Below, one piece after another: positions 1-11,551 of a stretch of 64,000 nucleotides of DNA. The notes beneath the pieces were generated by a model. The model was given only the letters and a program-made list of their open reading frames with translations, was not told the DNA's origin and did no database searches. The DNA comes from Nemertoderma westbladi (Eukaryota > Animalia > Xenacoelomorpha): assembly GCA_032718475.1 (NCBI GenBank), contig JAUCBJ010004524.1, forward strand, positions 22,894-86,893, in the 5' to 3' direction. Positions within the stretch are counted from its first letter, which is position 1, and every line of letters begins with the position of its first letter. The position numbers were made by a program, and so were the translations under genes.

Positions 1-351
1 ACATTCTCAACATCAAACATTCACACATCCTCAAAGGATGCGAAAAGAGTTAGTTTACACCAACAATTTTTGAATTTCGTCAAAGATTTCCCGAGTTATA
101 AGCATAAACGAAAGTGCGCAAACATGATGGTCCACAATTTTATTTTTAAAATTTCTATAACATTGCAATTTTTTAATAACGCTTGTAAGGAATTTGATGG
201 TATTTCAATTTTTATATTAAACGCAATATCCTGAATCTCACTAGCATACTTTAGAGTCTCCAATGCCAATACCTTTTCTAGAATAAATTGAATTTAATTA
301 ATTACAATTATCGTAATTTCTTCTTACTCGTTGTCTATAAATTGATTAAAT

Positions 352-1162
352 TCCATGTCCTGGAATATAGTATCGTTATTCAGGTACCCCCCCCCCCCTA
401 ATTTTTCTACAAATCGTAATGAGATTGCATGAAATTTGAAACAGAGATAGTTTCACCTCCCGACCACTGACTGGGTGAGCTAGAATTTTTATTTTTGCTT
501 TCATTCTTTAGCTACAAGCGTTTAAAAAAATTGTCTCCGTCGATATTGCACCAGTTACACCGCAGTTATACTTCAAACATTTAGTGATTTGTTGGTACTA
601 GTAGAAAGCTGGCTGTGCAAGGATTCCAAATATGTAAACATATTTGAATTTGGTTTTGAAAAATAAGTAAATATATTTGAATTTGGTTGGGAAATAGCTC
701 CGAGATGGCACTAGTAAAGCAAAATGGTCCCGTCCCTACTTCGCCCTGTCTACACCCCCTGCCATTTTTCCTGATACAGGGCATTCGAATTTTTCATGTA
801 TTAATTGCTTCCGCTGCAGGCCATTTATTCTATTTAATAAATACACAATTTTTCTAGAACGTTTTGTTTATCTAATAAGTAGCATGGCAACAATGCAATG
901 CCTACATTATAATACTATTATATGGATATTCATACATAATCAAAATCTTCTAGAACATTGTGTATTTATTAAATAGAATAAATGGCCTGCAGGGGAAGCA
1001 AATATATTCAAAATTAGAATGCCCCTATCTGAGCTATTTCCCAACCAAATTCAAATGTTTTTACATATTTGGAATTCTTGCAAGGTCAGCTTTCCACTAG
1101 TACCAACAAATCACTAAATATTTGAAGAATAACTGCGGTGTAACTGGTGCAATATCGACGGG
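352..1162. mobile_element. Palindromic (foldback/MITE-like) non-autonomous DNA transposon, right end truncated
   Basis: Starts CCATGTCC-GGAATATAGT..poly-C like the elements at 1210 and 31218. 537-~850 is the reverse complement of ~940-1162 (e.g. CGTCGATATTGCACCAGTTACACCGCAGTTAT / ATAACTGCGGTGTAACTGGTGCAATATCGACG). No coding capacity. Confidence 0.7.
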
Positions 1163-1209
1163 GAGACCTTTTATAAAACATATATCATTGTAGTATTACA
1201 ATAATATAA

Positions 1210-1514
1210 ACCATGTCCCGTAATATAGTGTCATTTTCTGATGACACGGACCACCCCCCCCCCCCCCCCCCCAGATTTTTCTACAAATCTTTAACACATT
1301 GCTTGAAATTTGAAACACCACTAGTTCCACTCACCGTCGATGACCCCATGAAGCCGGAATTTTCCATTTTGTCTTGTAAATTTTTTTTATAAGCGTTTTA
1401 AAAAAGTGTCTTTTGCGAAATAGCAACCTCAGTATCGTGGCCATTCTTCGCATTAGTCGTAATTCATTTTCATATCATTAGAAAGCTTGCGTTGCAAGGA
1501 TTCGAAATATGTAA
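1210..1514 (+). mobile_element. Left arm of the foldback MITE family also found at 31218-32115
   Basis: ACCATGTCCCGTAATATAGTGTCATTTTCTGATGACACGGACC-polyC... is closely similar to 31218-31520 and is cut off by the microsatellite at 1515. Confidence 0.8.
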
Positions 1515-4275
1515 TGACTGACTGGCTGACTGGCTGACTGGCTGACTGGCTGACTGGCTGACTGGCTGACTGGCTGACTGGCTGACTGGCTGACTGGCTG
1601 ACTGGCTGACTGGCTGACTGGCTGACTGGCTGACTGGCTGACTGGCTGACTGGCTGACTGGCTGACTGGCTGACTGGCTGACTGGCTGACTGGCTGACTG
1701 GCTGACTGGCTGACTGGCTGACTGGCTGACTGGCTGACTGGCTGACTGGCTGACTGGCTGACTGGCTGACTGGCTGACTGGCTGACTGGCTGACTGGCTG
1801 ACTGGCTGACTGGCTGACTGGCTGACTGGCTGACTGGCTGACTGGCTGACTGGCTGACTGGCTGACTGGCTGACTGGCTGACTGGCTGACTGGCTGACTG
1901 GCTGACTGGCTGACTGGCTGACTGGCTGACTGGCTGACTGGCTGACTGGCTGACTGGCTGACTGGCTGACTGGCTGACTGGCTGACTGGCTGACTGGCTG
2001 ACTGGCTGACTGGCTGACTGGCTGACTGGCTGACTGGCTGACTGGCTGACTGGCTGACTGGCTGACTGGCTGACTGGCTGACTGGCTGACTGGCTGACTG
2101 GCTGACTGGCTGACTGGCTGACTGGCTGACTGGCTGACTGGCTGACTGGCTGACTGGCTGACTGGCTGACTGGCTGACTGGCTGACTGGCTGACTGGCTG
2201 ACTGGCTGACTGGCTGACTGGCTGACTGGCTGACTGGCTGACTGGCTGACTGGCTGACTGGCTGACTGGCTGACTGGCTGACTGGCTGACTGGCTGACTG
2301 GCTGACTGGCTGACTGGCTGACTGGCTGACTGGCTGACTGGCTGACTGGCTGACTGGCTGACTGGCTGACTGGCTGACTGGCTGACTGGCTGACTGGCTG
2401 ACTGGCTGACTGGCTGACTGGCTGACTGGCTGACTGGCTGACTGGCTGACTGGCTGACTGGCTGACTGGCTGACTGGCTGACTGGCTGACTGGCTGACTG
2501 GCTGACTGGCTGACTGGCTGACTGGCTGACTGGCTGACTGGCTGACTGGCTGACTGGCTGACTGGCTGACTGGCTGACTGGCTGACTGGCTGACTGGCTG
2601 ACTGGCTGACTGGCTGACTGGCTGACTGGCTGACTGGCTGACTGGCTGACTGGCTGACTGGCTGACTGGCTGACTGGCTGACTGGCTGACTGGCTGACTG
2701 GCTGACTGGCTGACTGGCTGACTGGCTGACTGGCTGACTGGCTGACTGGCTGACTGGCTGACTGGCTGACTGGCTGACTGGCTGACTGGCTGACTGGCTG
2801 ACTGGCTGACTGGCTGACTGGCTGACTGACTGACTGACTGACTGACTGACTGACTGACTGGCTGACTGACTGACTGACTGACTGACTGACTGACTGACTG
2901 ACTGACTGACTGACTGACTGACTGACTGACTGACTGACTGACTGACTGACTGACTGACTGACTGACTGACTGACTGACTGACTGACTGACTGACTGACTG
3001 ACTGACTGACTGACTGACTGACTGACTGACTGACTGACTGACTGACTGACTGACTGACTGACTGACTGACTGACTGACTGACTGACTGACTGACTGACTG
3101 ACTGACTGACTGACTGACTGACTGACTGACTGACTGACTGACTGACTGACTGACTGACTGACTGACTGACTGACTGACTGACTGACTGACTGACTGACTG
3201 ACTGACTGACTGACTGACTGACTGACTGACTGACTGACTGACTGACTGACTGACTGACTGACTGACTGACTGACTGACTGACTGACTGACTGACTGACTG
3301 ACTGACTGACTGACTGACTGACTGACTGACTGACTGACTGACTGACTGACTGACTGACTGACTGACTGACTGACTGACTGACTGACTGACTGACTGACTG
3401 ACTGACTGACTGACTGACTGACTGACTGACTGACTGACTGACTGACTGACTGACTGACTGACTGACTGACTGACTGACTGACTGACTGACTGACTGACTG
3501 ACTGACTGACTGACTGACTGACTGACTGACTGACTGACTGACTGACTGACTGACTGACTGACTGACTGACTGACTGACTGACTGACTGACTGACTGACTG
3601 ACTGACTGACTGACTGACTGACTGACTGACTGACTGACTGACTGACTGACTGACTGACTGACTGACTGACTGACTGACTGACTGACTGACTGACTGACTG
3701 ACTGACTGACTGACTGACTGACTGACTGACTGACTGACTGACTGACTGACTGACTGACTGACTGACTGACTGACTGACTGACTGACTGACTGACTGACTG
3801 ACTGACTGACTGACTGACTGACTGACTGACTGACTGACTGACTGACTGACTGACTGACTGACTGACTGACTGACTGACTGACTGACTGACTGACTGACTG
3901 ACTGACTGACTGACTGACTGACTGACTGACTGACTGACTGACTGACTGACTGACTGACTGACTGACTGACTGACTGACTGACTGACTGACTGACTGACTG
4001 ACTGACTGACTGACTGACTGACTGACTGACTGACTGACTGACTGACTGACTGACTGACTGACTGACTGACTGACTGACTGACTGACTGACTGACTGACTG
4101 ACTGACTGACTGACTGACTGACTGACTGACTGACTGACTGACTGACTGACTGACTGACTGACTGACTGACTGACTGACTGACTGACTGACTGACTGACTG
4201 ACTGACTGACTGACTGACTGACTGACTGACTGACTGACTGACTGACTGACTGACTGACTGACTGACTGACTGACT
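1515..4275. repeat. Compound microsatellite: (TGACTGGC)n from 1515 to ~2824, then (TGAC)n to 4275
   Basis: Directly visible, essentially perfect array of ~2.76 kb. Confidence 0.99.
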
Positions 4276-4459
4276 CTAACGATTTTAATGAAATTTTCAC
4301 AGCGGCTGGCTGGCCGGATTCTAAGGTCCCTGGAATGATCGGCTACTCCATTCATAGCCTCTGGGCTCGTAAATTAGACATTAAACGAAAAAAACGCCAT
4401 AGGCGCAATGATAAAAACACCAGCTGGCGCTCATGAAAAATGAATAGCGATGGCCTAGT
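4276..4459 (+). mobile_element. Possible 3' part of a non-autonomous Helitron-like element hosting the microsatellite
   Basis: (TGAC)n followed by ...AATGAAATTTTCACAG... and ending GCGATGGCCTAG|T. A CTAG terminus with an internal tetranucleotide repeat is typical of short invertebrate Helitrons. No clean 3' hairpin was seen. Confidence 0.35.
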
Positions 4460-4609
4460 AAATGTTGACTGGTTTCGGAATTCCAAAACGAGGTCTTCAC
4501 TATTTGCAAGTCGATTTTGTTCAAGAATTGAGCAACTAATAATAGATCGAATTTATTAATAATTATTGTATGAAATATGATTGTATATTTACATAATTAT
4601 GATTTCTAT

Positions 4610-4760
4610 ATTATATCACGAAAAGTTCCCAATATTTTAAAAACTGTTATCAATATTAGGATGGCAATATAATTTTAGGAAAAGTTGTAAAGTTTCGGAT
4701 GCCCAGCTGCGTTTGATTCAGAGTTATAAAAAAAAACCACGTGAGGTCATATTGACCTCC
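4610..4760 (-). mobile_element. Fragment of the left end of the TTAA element family at 11629
   Basis: CCCAGCTGCGTTTG..AAAAAACCACG..GGTCATATTGACC is the reverse complement of 11649-11711. Confidence 0.65.
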
Positions 4761-5334
4761 TTGATTATTGGTGAAAATCAGAAATGTCCAAAATTATTTT
4801 GTGGGATTTTGATATATTTATGAGCAATATGAGCATGCTGGGTTACTACTGGTAGTCAAGATATTGTAATTGATTTGCGCCAGATTGGCACAAATTGTAT
4901 GTATTACATCAGCTTACAGCTTGGTATGTCTGAAGTTTACTATAACAGTAATAATGCCAACACTATATTACCCCTACTGTGTCTTCTGTTTCGCTTGTGT
5001 TTTCAGATTTCATCCATGACGAATATTCACAGCAAGGATTTTTTTTAGGGATCATATTCCGATATATTTACTATTGAGCGAACCCGAACCAGAAAGGGTC
5101 AGTGAACTTTGTCACAATACATTTCAATGATATCAACTAAATTTTTATAAATTTTTTTGAATGTAATTAATAAAATATAATAATAAATATATAATAAAAT
5201 AATAATATTAATTAAGGAATTAAATTACTTTAGTAAACGTTTAATAGTCAAAATAATAGTGTACAAAGAGTAGTAGACATGACCATTTTTTGAATATCAA
5301 TGTGATAATACGGTTGTGTATGGGATGAACAACG

Positions 5335-5515
5335 TCTTGGTTAAAGTTAACAACGGCTTGATTAGTGTTAACTAATGTTAGGTTGGGATTAACAATGGTT
5401 TGGTTAGGGTTAACATCGGCTTGATTAGTGTTAACAAATGTTAGGTTGGGATTAACAATGGTTTGGTTAGGGTTAACATCGGCTTGATTAGTGTTAACAA
5501 ATGTTAGGTGGGAGT
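5335..5515. repeat. Minisatellite, ~63-bp unit, ~3 copies
   Basis: TGGTTAGGGTTAACATCGGCTTGATTAGTGTTAAC recurs at 5401 and 5464, with a diverged copy upstream. Confidence 0.85.
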
Positions 5516-5554
5516 AACGTTTACTTAATTAAACGTAACAAGTACTGTAATAGT

Positions 5555-7137
5555 TACCAAGTTTCAGTCTAAACGGGTTGTAAATAGCAAAGCTGGAGAA
5601 GATGTTTACTTTCAGACATTTCGCCCTTTAGCGGTAGACTGTGGCACTTTAGACATCTCTACGACTCCGTAACGATACAACCTATCCTGTAGTAGATACC
5701 TACCAAGTTTCAGCTCAAAAGAATTAAAAACAACCAAATGAGATCAGGTTTTCACTATCAGACATTTCGCCCTCTAGCGTTAGACTGGTTAACTGTAGAT
5801 GACTCTGCCACTGCATAAAGATACAGCCTATGCCGAAGTAGATGCCTACCAAGTTTCAGTTTAAACCAATTGTAAATAACAAAGCTGGAGGAGATTTTCA
5901 CTTTAAGACAATTAGCCCTCTAGCGGCAGACGGGAACTGTAAACGAAACTAATACCTATATGATAGCAAGTTTCAGCTCAAAAATAATTAAAAACACCCA
6001 AATGAGATCACGTTTTCACTATCAGACAATTCGCCATCTAGCGCGGACGGGTGAACTGTAACCGACTCTGCGTCTCAGTAATGATACAGCCTATGCTGAA
6101 GTAGATGCCTACCAAGTTTCAGTCTAAACGGATTGTAAATAACAAAGTTGGAGAAGATGTTCACTTTCAGACATTTCGCCCTTTAGCGGCAGAAGGGGGA
6201 ACTGTAGACGAATCTGCGACTTTGTAAAGATACAGCCTATGCTGAAGTAAATGCCTACCAAGTTTCAGCTCAAAAGAATTAAAAGCAACCAAATGATATT
6301 TTATATATAAATTATTGTAGGAAGATATACAGTATCACTTGAATATGTAAGAAACCGCCGTGGGATAAGGGATCCGGTTTAGTGTATATATATTTGTAAG
6401 CATAAAATAATAAATAAATAAAATGTTATTTTAAATAAACCTAGATCGACCTCAGAAAAATTCATATATTATTATTATTATATTATTTTATTTAAAATAA
6501 TATTTTATTTATTTATTATTTATTTATTATTCATTATTTTATGCTTACAAATATATATTTTATATATATATAATATATATTTACAAGCCTACACACCATT
6601 ATAAACATTAATTAATTAATTATTAACTTAACTTAACAAAACGTCATATGATTGAGTGTTCTCTCAAACAAAAGGACTGATGCTGTTTTACTTTTCAGAT
6701 ATCTACATACAACGTACAACATCATATAAGGCTCAGGTTGTAGTAGACACCTGCCAAATATCACTTCCAAAGGATTACAAATTGTAAAAATATGGAAGAA
6801 GGTTAAACTGTAGAACTGCAGGTGGTTACCATCCTCGTAAATACAACCTATAGTTTAGTTAGTTTAGTATGTACTGCATTGCATTACGCCCCCTAGTGGC
6901 AGACAGAGCTGTTGCAGATTGGTCAGAGTTCTCCACAAACAGGCAGTCTATGGTGTATTAGACCTCTGCCAAGTATCAGCAAAAAAGCATTAGGAACAAC
7001 GACATGGGATAAGGTTTTCACTTTCGGATTTCTCTCCCCCTAGCGGCAGACTGGGGAATTCCAGATTGGTCAGCGTCCTCTGCAAACACACAGCCTATGG
7101 TGTAGTAGACCTCTGCCACGCATCAGCTATAAGGCAT
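5555..7137. repeat. Diverged ~146-bp tandem repeat (continues at 10629-10790), interrupted by an AT-rich insert at ~6300-6690
   Basis: Recurring CCAAGTTTCAG...TTTCACT.TCAGACA.TTCGCCCTCTAGCGG.AGAC, with the motif at 5622, 5768, 5914, 6032, 6177, 6887 and 7034. Confidence 0.85.
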
Positions 7138-7150
7138 ATATAAGGCTATA

Positions 7151-8131
7151 TTGCTGCACTTAGTAGCGCCAAATGGAGATATCTTTCTATTCGACCTAGG
7201 GACCTATGGAAAGAAGAGCGGGCCGAAGTTGAACCGGTTGCCAAACGCAGTGCAGGAGGTAGTAAGACAGAAGACTATGGTCAAGGTGGGATCGGCGATA
7301 CACGACGACGCAGACAGAATTATTGGACCAGACACCCCCAATCTTCCGGACAGGCAGGTAGTCTACATGGCTATGACGAAACCAGAAGGATTGGGATTGG
7401 TGGACAACACGGGACATTGCGGATCCGTGGCGATGGGCCAACTGATGGGACTCGTCTGCCACAAGCCGATGGACTGGAACAAGTTCCGGGAGGAATACGG
7501 AGCGGAACTTGCGAACTCACTCAAGTGGGGAGCGAGACCAGGGAAGGAGGAGCTATATCACTTCCAGAAGGGAGCGATGAAGATATATCAGAAGATATAT
7601 ATCCTACAAGAGGACTGGATAATTATAGGTTTACTAAACCTATTCATTGCGGTGACTATCGGGAGGGAGCCGATGGCGTTTCTACTATCGGGATCACCTC
7701 TGAATCACAGGAGAGCCTTTAAGGTGGCCCTAGAAGGTCTTGTAGACCACCCGGGGCTGAAGGGCGAGTCGGTATATTACAATACCCGACACCTGGTGGA
7801 CAGAGAGGTAGATACACTGTACATGCAATGGAAGAAACAGGAGGCGGATAGGGTTGAGGAGAGGAGACTAGAGGAGGTCGCCAGGAGAGAGAGAAGGGAG
7901 GCAGCGGGCAGAGAGGCAGATATAAGTGGAAAGGAGTATGAGTTCGAAGCCCAGGATTTGGACGAGCTGAGGTGGGGATCGGAGACCTTGGGTGAGTTAC
8001 GGTTGGGGGACGAACTGGGTTGGATGGAAGAGACACCGACACAGTCTACATCGGGGCTACAAAGAATGCCCATGCCTGCAGGCTCTGAGGGCAACATCGG
8101 AAGGAAAAGACCGAGGGAGTTAGAAGGGTAG
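7151..8131 (+). pseudogene. N-terminally truncated DEDDy 3'-5' exonuclease-like domain (RNase D/WRN/EXD2-type) followed by an acidic coiled region
   Basis: LHLVAPNGDIFLFDL...LPNAVQEVV...KVGSAIHDDADRI resembles the LQLA..LFQL..LP..L..LL...KVGVGI..D..KL (ExoII) segment. QKIYILQED resembles ExoIII (Q..YA..D). The ExoI DxE motif is absent because of the truncation. Confidence 0.6.
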
Positions 8132-8190
8132 AAGGTCATCGCGGATACCAGGGTGGAAAGGGACACAGTGGATTATCTGGGATCCCGGGT

Positions 8191-9130
8191 TTGGATCCAC
8201 TCCCAGCAGGGGAAGAGGAGGAGGACGAGTTCGGGGTGATGCTGCTGATAGAGAGGATTGCGCCCACGGCAGGGGAAGAAGAGGAGGATGAGTTCGGGGC
8301 GATACCACCGATAGCAAGGATTGGCCACTCGGACATGGACTGTGTGTACGGGAGAGTGGTGACGGCCAGTGGGGCGAGAGCCTTCTGGGACAAACCCGGT
8401 AAGCGGTCCTGGGAGCACAGGGAGCCGACAATGGACTTCGCGGCAAGTACGATCCGACTGGGAGAGCAACCGGGGATGGCACCACGGGTAGTGTTTGGAT
8501 AAACGATGCCGAGGGTGGAAGAGGACATCGAAATGGGTAGGGAAGACAATGTCCAGATGTTTACCTACCAGCGGGTCCACAGACCCAGGAGGCCACATGG
8601 AGCCAAGGATGACTTGGGGTGAGAGACAATGATACACAGTTGCGATTACTGTGGGAGATTAACCCATCAGCAAAAGAAATGTCTATACCGTTACCAAAAG
8701 TGGATGGCGTGTCTTTACTGCCGCGAGTCTACACACAGGATGGGCGCGCGCCCATGGTTGCACAACAGGTATTCGAAGTGCAAGTTTAGAGGGCACTTTG
8801 AGCGCCAGTGCGACTGGATGGATGATGAGGAGAAATTCCGCATTTTCGAGGAATGGGCTGACGTCGGAGTCATGAAACGACAAAGGATGAAGGCCCAGGA
8901 GTTCCGGTGGGGCTTCTTCAACATTAATATAGAAGCCCACCAGCAGATCACCAAGAGGAGACTACCATTCACGTATCAGGAGGTAGCGACAGTGGCATCA
9001 TAAGGAGGGGTCATCAACACCCAAAGATATCTGGACAGATGGTCAACAGAAAATAGGATCGAATTCAGGGACTTTCTGGTGGAACACATGCCGCGTGCGA
9101 TGAAGATGATCTTGTGCGACGCTACCAGAG
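8191..9130 (+). pseudogene. Degraded continuation of the accessory ORF: acidic repeats, then CCHC zinc knuckles and a conserved C-terminal domain
   Basis: CDYCGRLTHQQKKC (Cx2Cx4Hx4C), CLYCRESTH..., SKCKFRGHFERQC; stops at 8500 and 9001; homologous to 51800-52275(-). Confidence 0.7.
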
Positions 9131-9991
9131 GGAGACAGAAGGGACACTCAGTGGGACCAACTGCGAAGCGATATTGTGAGTTAAAGAGCCAACAACGTGG
9201 CTTGGTAAGACGGTGTCAGCTAGGATGAGTAGCCTCAAGGGTAAACAGGAAGGCAGGAAGCGACCCAGACAGGACGACGATAGGGGCAAGGAACTTAGAT
9301 GGTTCCCGGAGGATGCGGGAGGAGCGATGTAGAACTCTAGGACAGGTGATATCAATGTGCCTGGAAGGCACCACATGGACAGACTAGTACAAACAACTCC
9401 TAAGTGCAATTTAACTAAGTGCAATACATTTATATATACAATAAATATATAATCAATATATACGTATCATAGTCAGATATAACATTTTCCAATTAGCTAC
9501 TGGGACTGGGGACTAATTGACTGAAACAAGAGGACAGAACAATGATGGATCTTACTGACATGATGTACACATGCGTGAGACGCGATAAGAGTGTGAGGAG
9601 AGTGACACCGAAAACGGGTTGAGTATGGGAGGAGGTGTTAGTGATGGGGAAGTAAAAGGGTGCGAGATTCAAGTGTGGGGAGCGAGCATGGAGGGGGATG
9701 AGTCCTAAGGGACTAGCGAAAGAGGAAAGGACAACAAAGTCCGAGAGATAAAATTGTGTGAGGAGTGCGGGCAATCGTCTAAAATAGAGACACCAGATAC
9801 CTTGGTACAGCTTAGCTCACAGCTGTCCCAAGGATGGGTAATGAAAGCAGACCCATGGAGGGCCGGCCTGGAAAGCTGACCCCGAGAAGAAAATTCCACC
9901 CACATCCAATATTAGATTGGATTCCAGCAGAATTGAAGAGCACTGAAGGTTGATGCTATCTTCTCACCCGGATGATAGCATGGGGGGGGAG

Positions 9992-10628
9992 TGTAAGCGG
10001 ATTCAATTCCTTGCACTACCCAGCAGAAAATGGGGCGAAGTGGCATTTTACCAATTATAATTGGGAAGGTAACAATACCAATAATAATGTCACCTAACAA
10101 CCAATTTAGGCGATACACATCGCCAGCCACAAAGAAAGTTGAGAGGTCATAAACCTTCTCAGAGGGACAAAGGGGCTAGCAAGGCTAGCATATGGGGATA
10201 GTGGCAACAGGGAGTGGCATGATGGTAATTAATCGGATTAGCCAATGATGGGAGGGGAAAACAGGTGATTGGAACGCATCTACTGGCCAGGCCACTCAAT
10301 ACAGTAGCTGTGATTAATGTGTGTTAATAATATATAACAGTTGTACTTGTGGATTATGATTCAGTTGGTAATCTGTAGAGTTGTGAGACCGGAACGGTTT
10401 TCAACCGTCATCATTACCGTGCTATTATATTCTGACTGTGCTATTATTATGTTCTGTGATTAAAACAACTAAGACTAAAACTGAATTATTCCAATGGCCT
10501 CAGGCCTATTATATTATATCCAGACACCACAGCCTTTCAGCAGCATAAGGACGCGGCGACACGTATAATACCAAACACACACACACCGGTCAGGTTCCAA
10601 ACTGCCAACTCCGTTGGATCCCGTCACA
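9992..10628 (+). repeat. Putative 3' LTR (637 bp)
   Basis: TG...CA ends with an imperfect terminal inverted repeat (TGTAAGCGGATTCAA vs reverse complement TGTGACGGGATCCAA), preceded by a PPT. Length is similar to the LTRs at 50543 and 57487. No partner LTR in the window. Confidence 0.6.
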
Positions 10629-11149
10629 TAGACCTCTGCCACGTATCAGCTAAAAAGCATTAATAATAACGAAATGGGAAAAGGTTTTCAGTGTCTGACA
10701 TTCTGTTTCTAGCGGTAGACTGGAGAACTGCAGATTGATCAGTGTCCTCCCAAACACAAAGTCTATGGTCAGGAACATATCTGCAAAGTATAATTTAGAA
10801 CAGATTGAGTCTGTTGGTGCAACCGCTGTTATAGAGTTTCCTGCTGGTTGACAAATTTGGCTGAAAATGGTTATGGAATAATAGCCCAATTTGACCACAA
10901 ATACGCATTCACGCATAAATGATGTATAAAATTAGCCTCGATATAACGACGTTTCACATCACCCCATGTGCTCGGGGCAGTCTGCACCATGTAGATGCGC
11001 ATGAAAAGTAGCAAAATAGTCGAGACCCAACGTCTAGAGTGACAGAATGAACTGCTAGGCCTACTGCACTACCAGTACCAGATTCACGAAATTTGCTTTC
11101 ACGCAAACAAACACTTATAAGACTCGAGATAGCGACAGTGCACGTGTTC

Positions 11150-11280
11150 GTGACGAGAGCTTTCGTTCGATGTTTCGCGAGCTCTGATAGGTGCTTGTGT
11201 GTAGAAATGTATAGCTTGGACAGACAAACAAACAAACAGACAGACACATGATATTTATTTATATATATATATATATAGAT
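11150..11280 (-). mobile_element. Possible 5' end of a non-autonomous Helitron (TC-TATATATA...TGTCTGTCTGTTTGT)
   Basis: Minus strand reads ATCTATATATATA..TGTGTCTGTCTGTTTGTTTGTTTGTC. A similar end is seen at 45826-45876. Confidence 0.35.
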
Positions 11281-11551
11281 TAGATATTATTAGATTTAGT
11301 TTATTTATTTAGATTATATAGATTAGCTTTTATTTCAATTTTTCTTCGCCCACATGTTAGAGGGGTCTCAAATTGTAGATAATTAATTAGTTGTTTTAAA
11401 TTGTGGGTGTGGAATCAGTCTAATTGAGGGTAGCTAATGTTTTACCACTGTTTACCAATAATATGAACAATGCTAAAAAGTTGGGGGTTTCTCTGATGTT
11501 TTTGGTTCAAATTTTTTCCCACATGTTTCATGGTTCTTCAAATTTTCTATA

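Larger units (their letters stand above)
7140..10628 (+). mobile_element. 5'-truncated LTR retrotransposon (accessory ORF region + PPT + 3' LTR), probably BEL/Pao-related
   Basis: Polypurine tract GGGGGGGGAG (9982-9991) is followed immediately by TGT...ACA (9992-10628). The coding region 8640-9120 is homologous to 51820-52275 inside the BEL/Pao element. The flanking 146-bp repeat resumes right after 10628. Confidence 0.7.

Noticed and set aside
1470-4355. 961-aa and 940-aa SQSV/SQPV ORFs resembling serine-rich adhesins
   Set aside because: They are translations of the (GTCA)n/(GCCAGTCA)n microsatellite, open in several frames simply because the unit has no stop codon.
6385-6570. AT-rich inverted repeat
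   Set aside because: Low complexity; at most a decayed MITE.
7196-8972. Many overlapping antisense and alternative-frame ORFs
   Set aside because: Shadow frames of the purine-rich plus-strand coding region.
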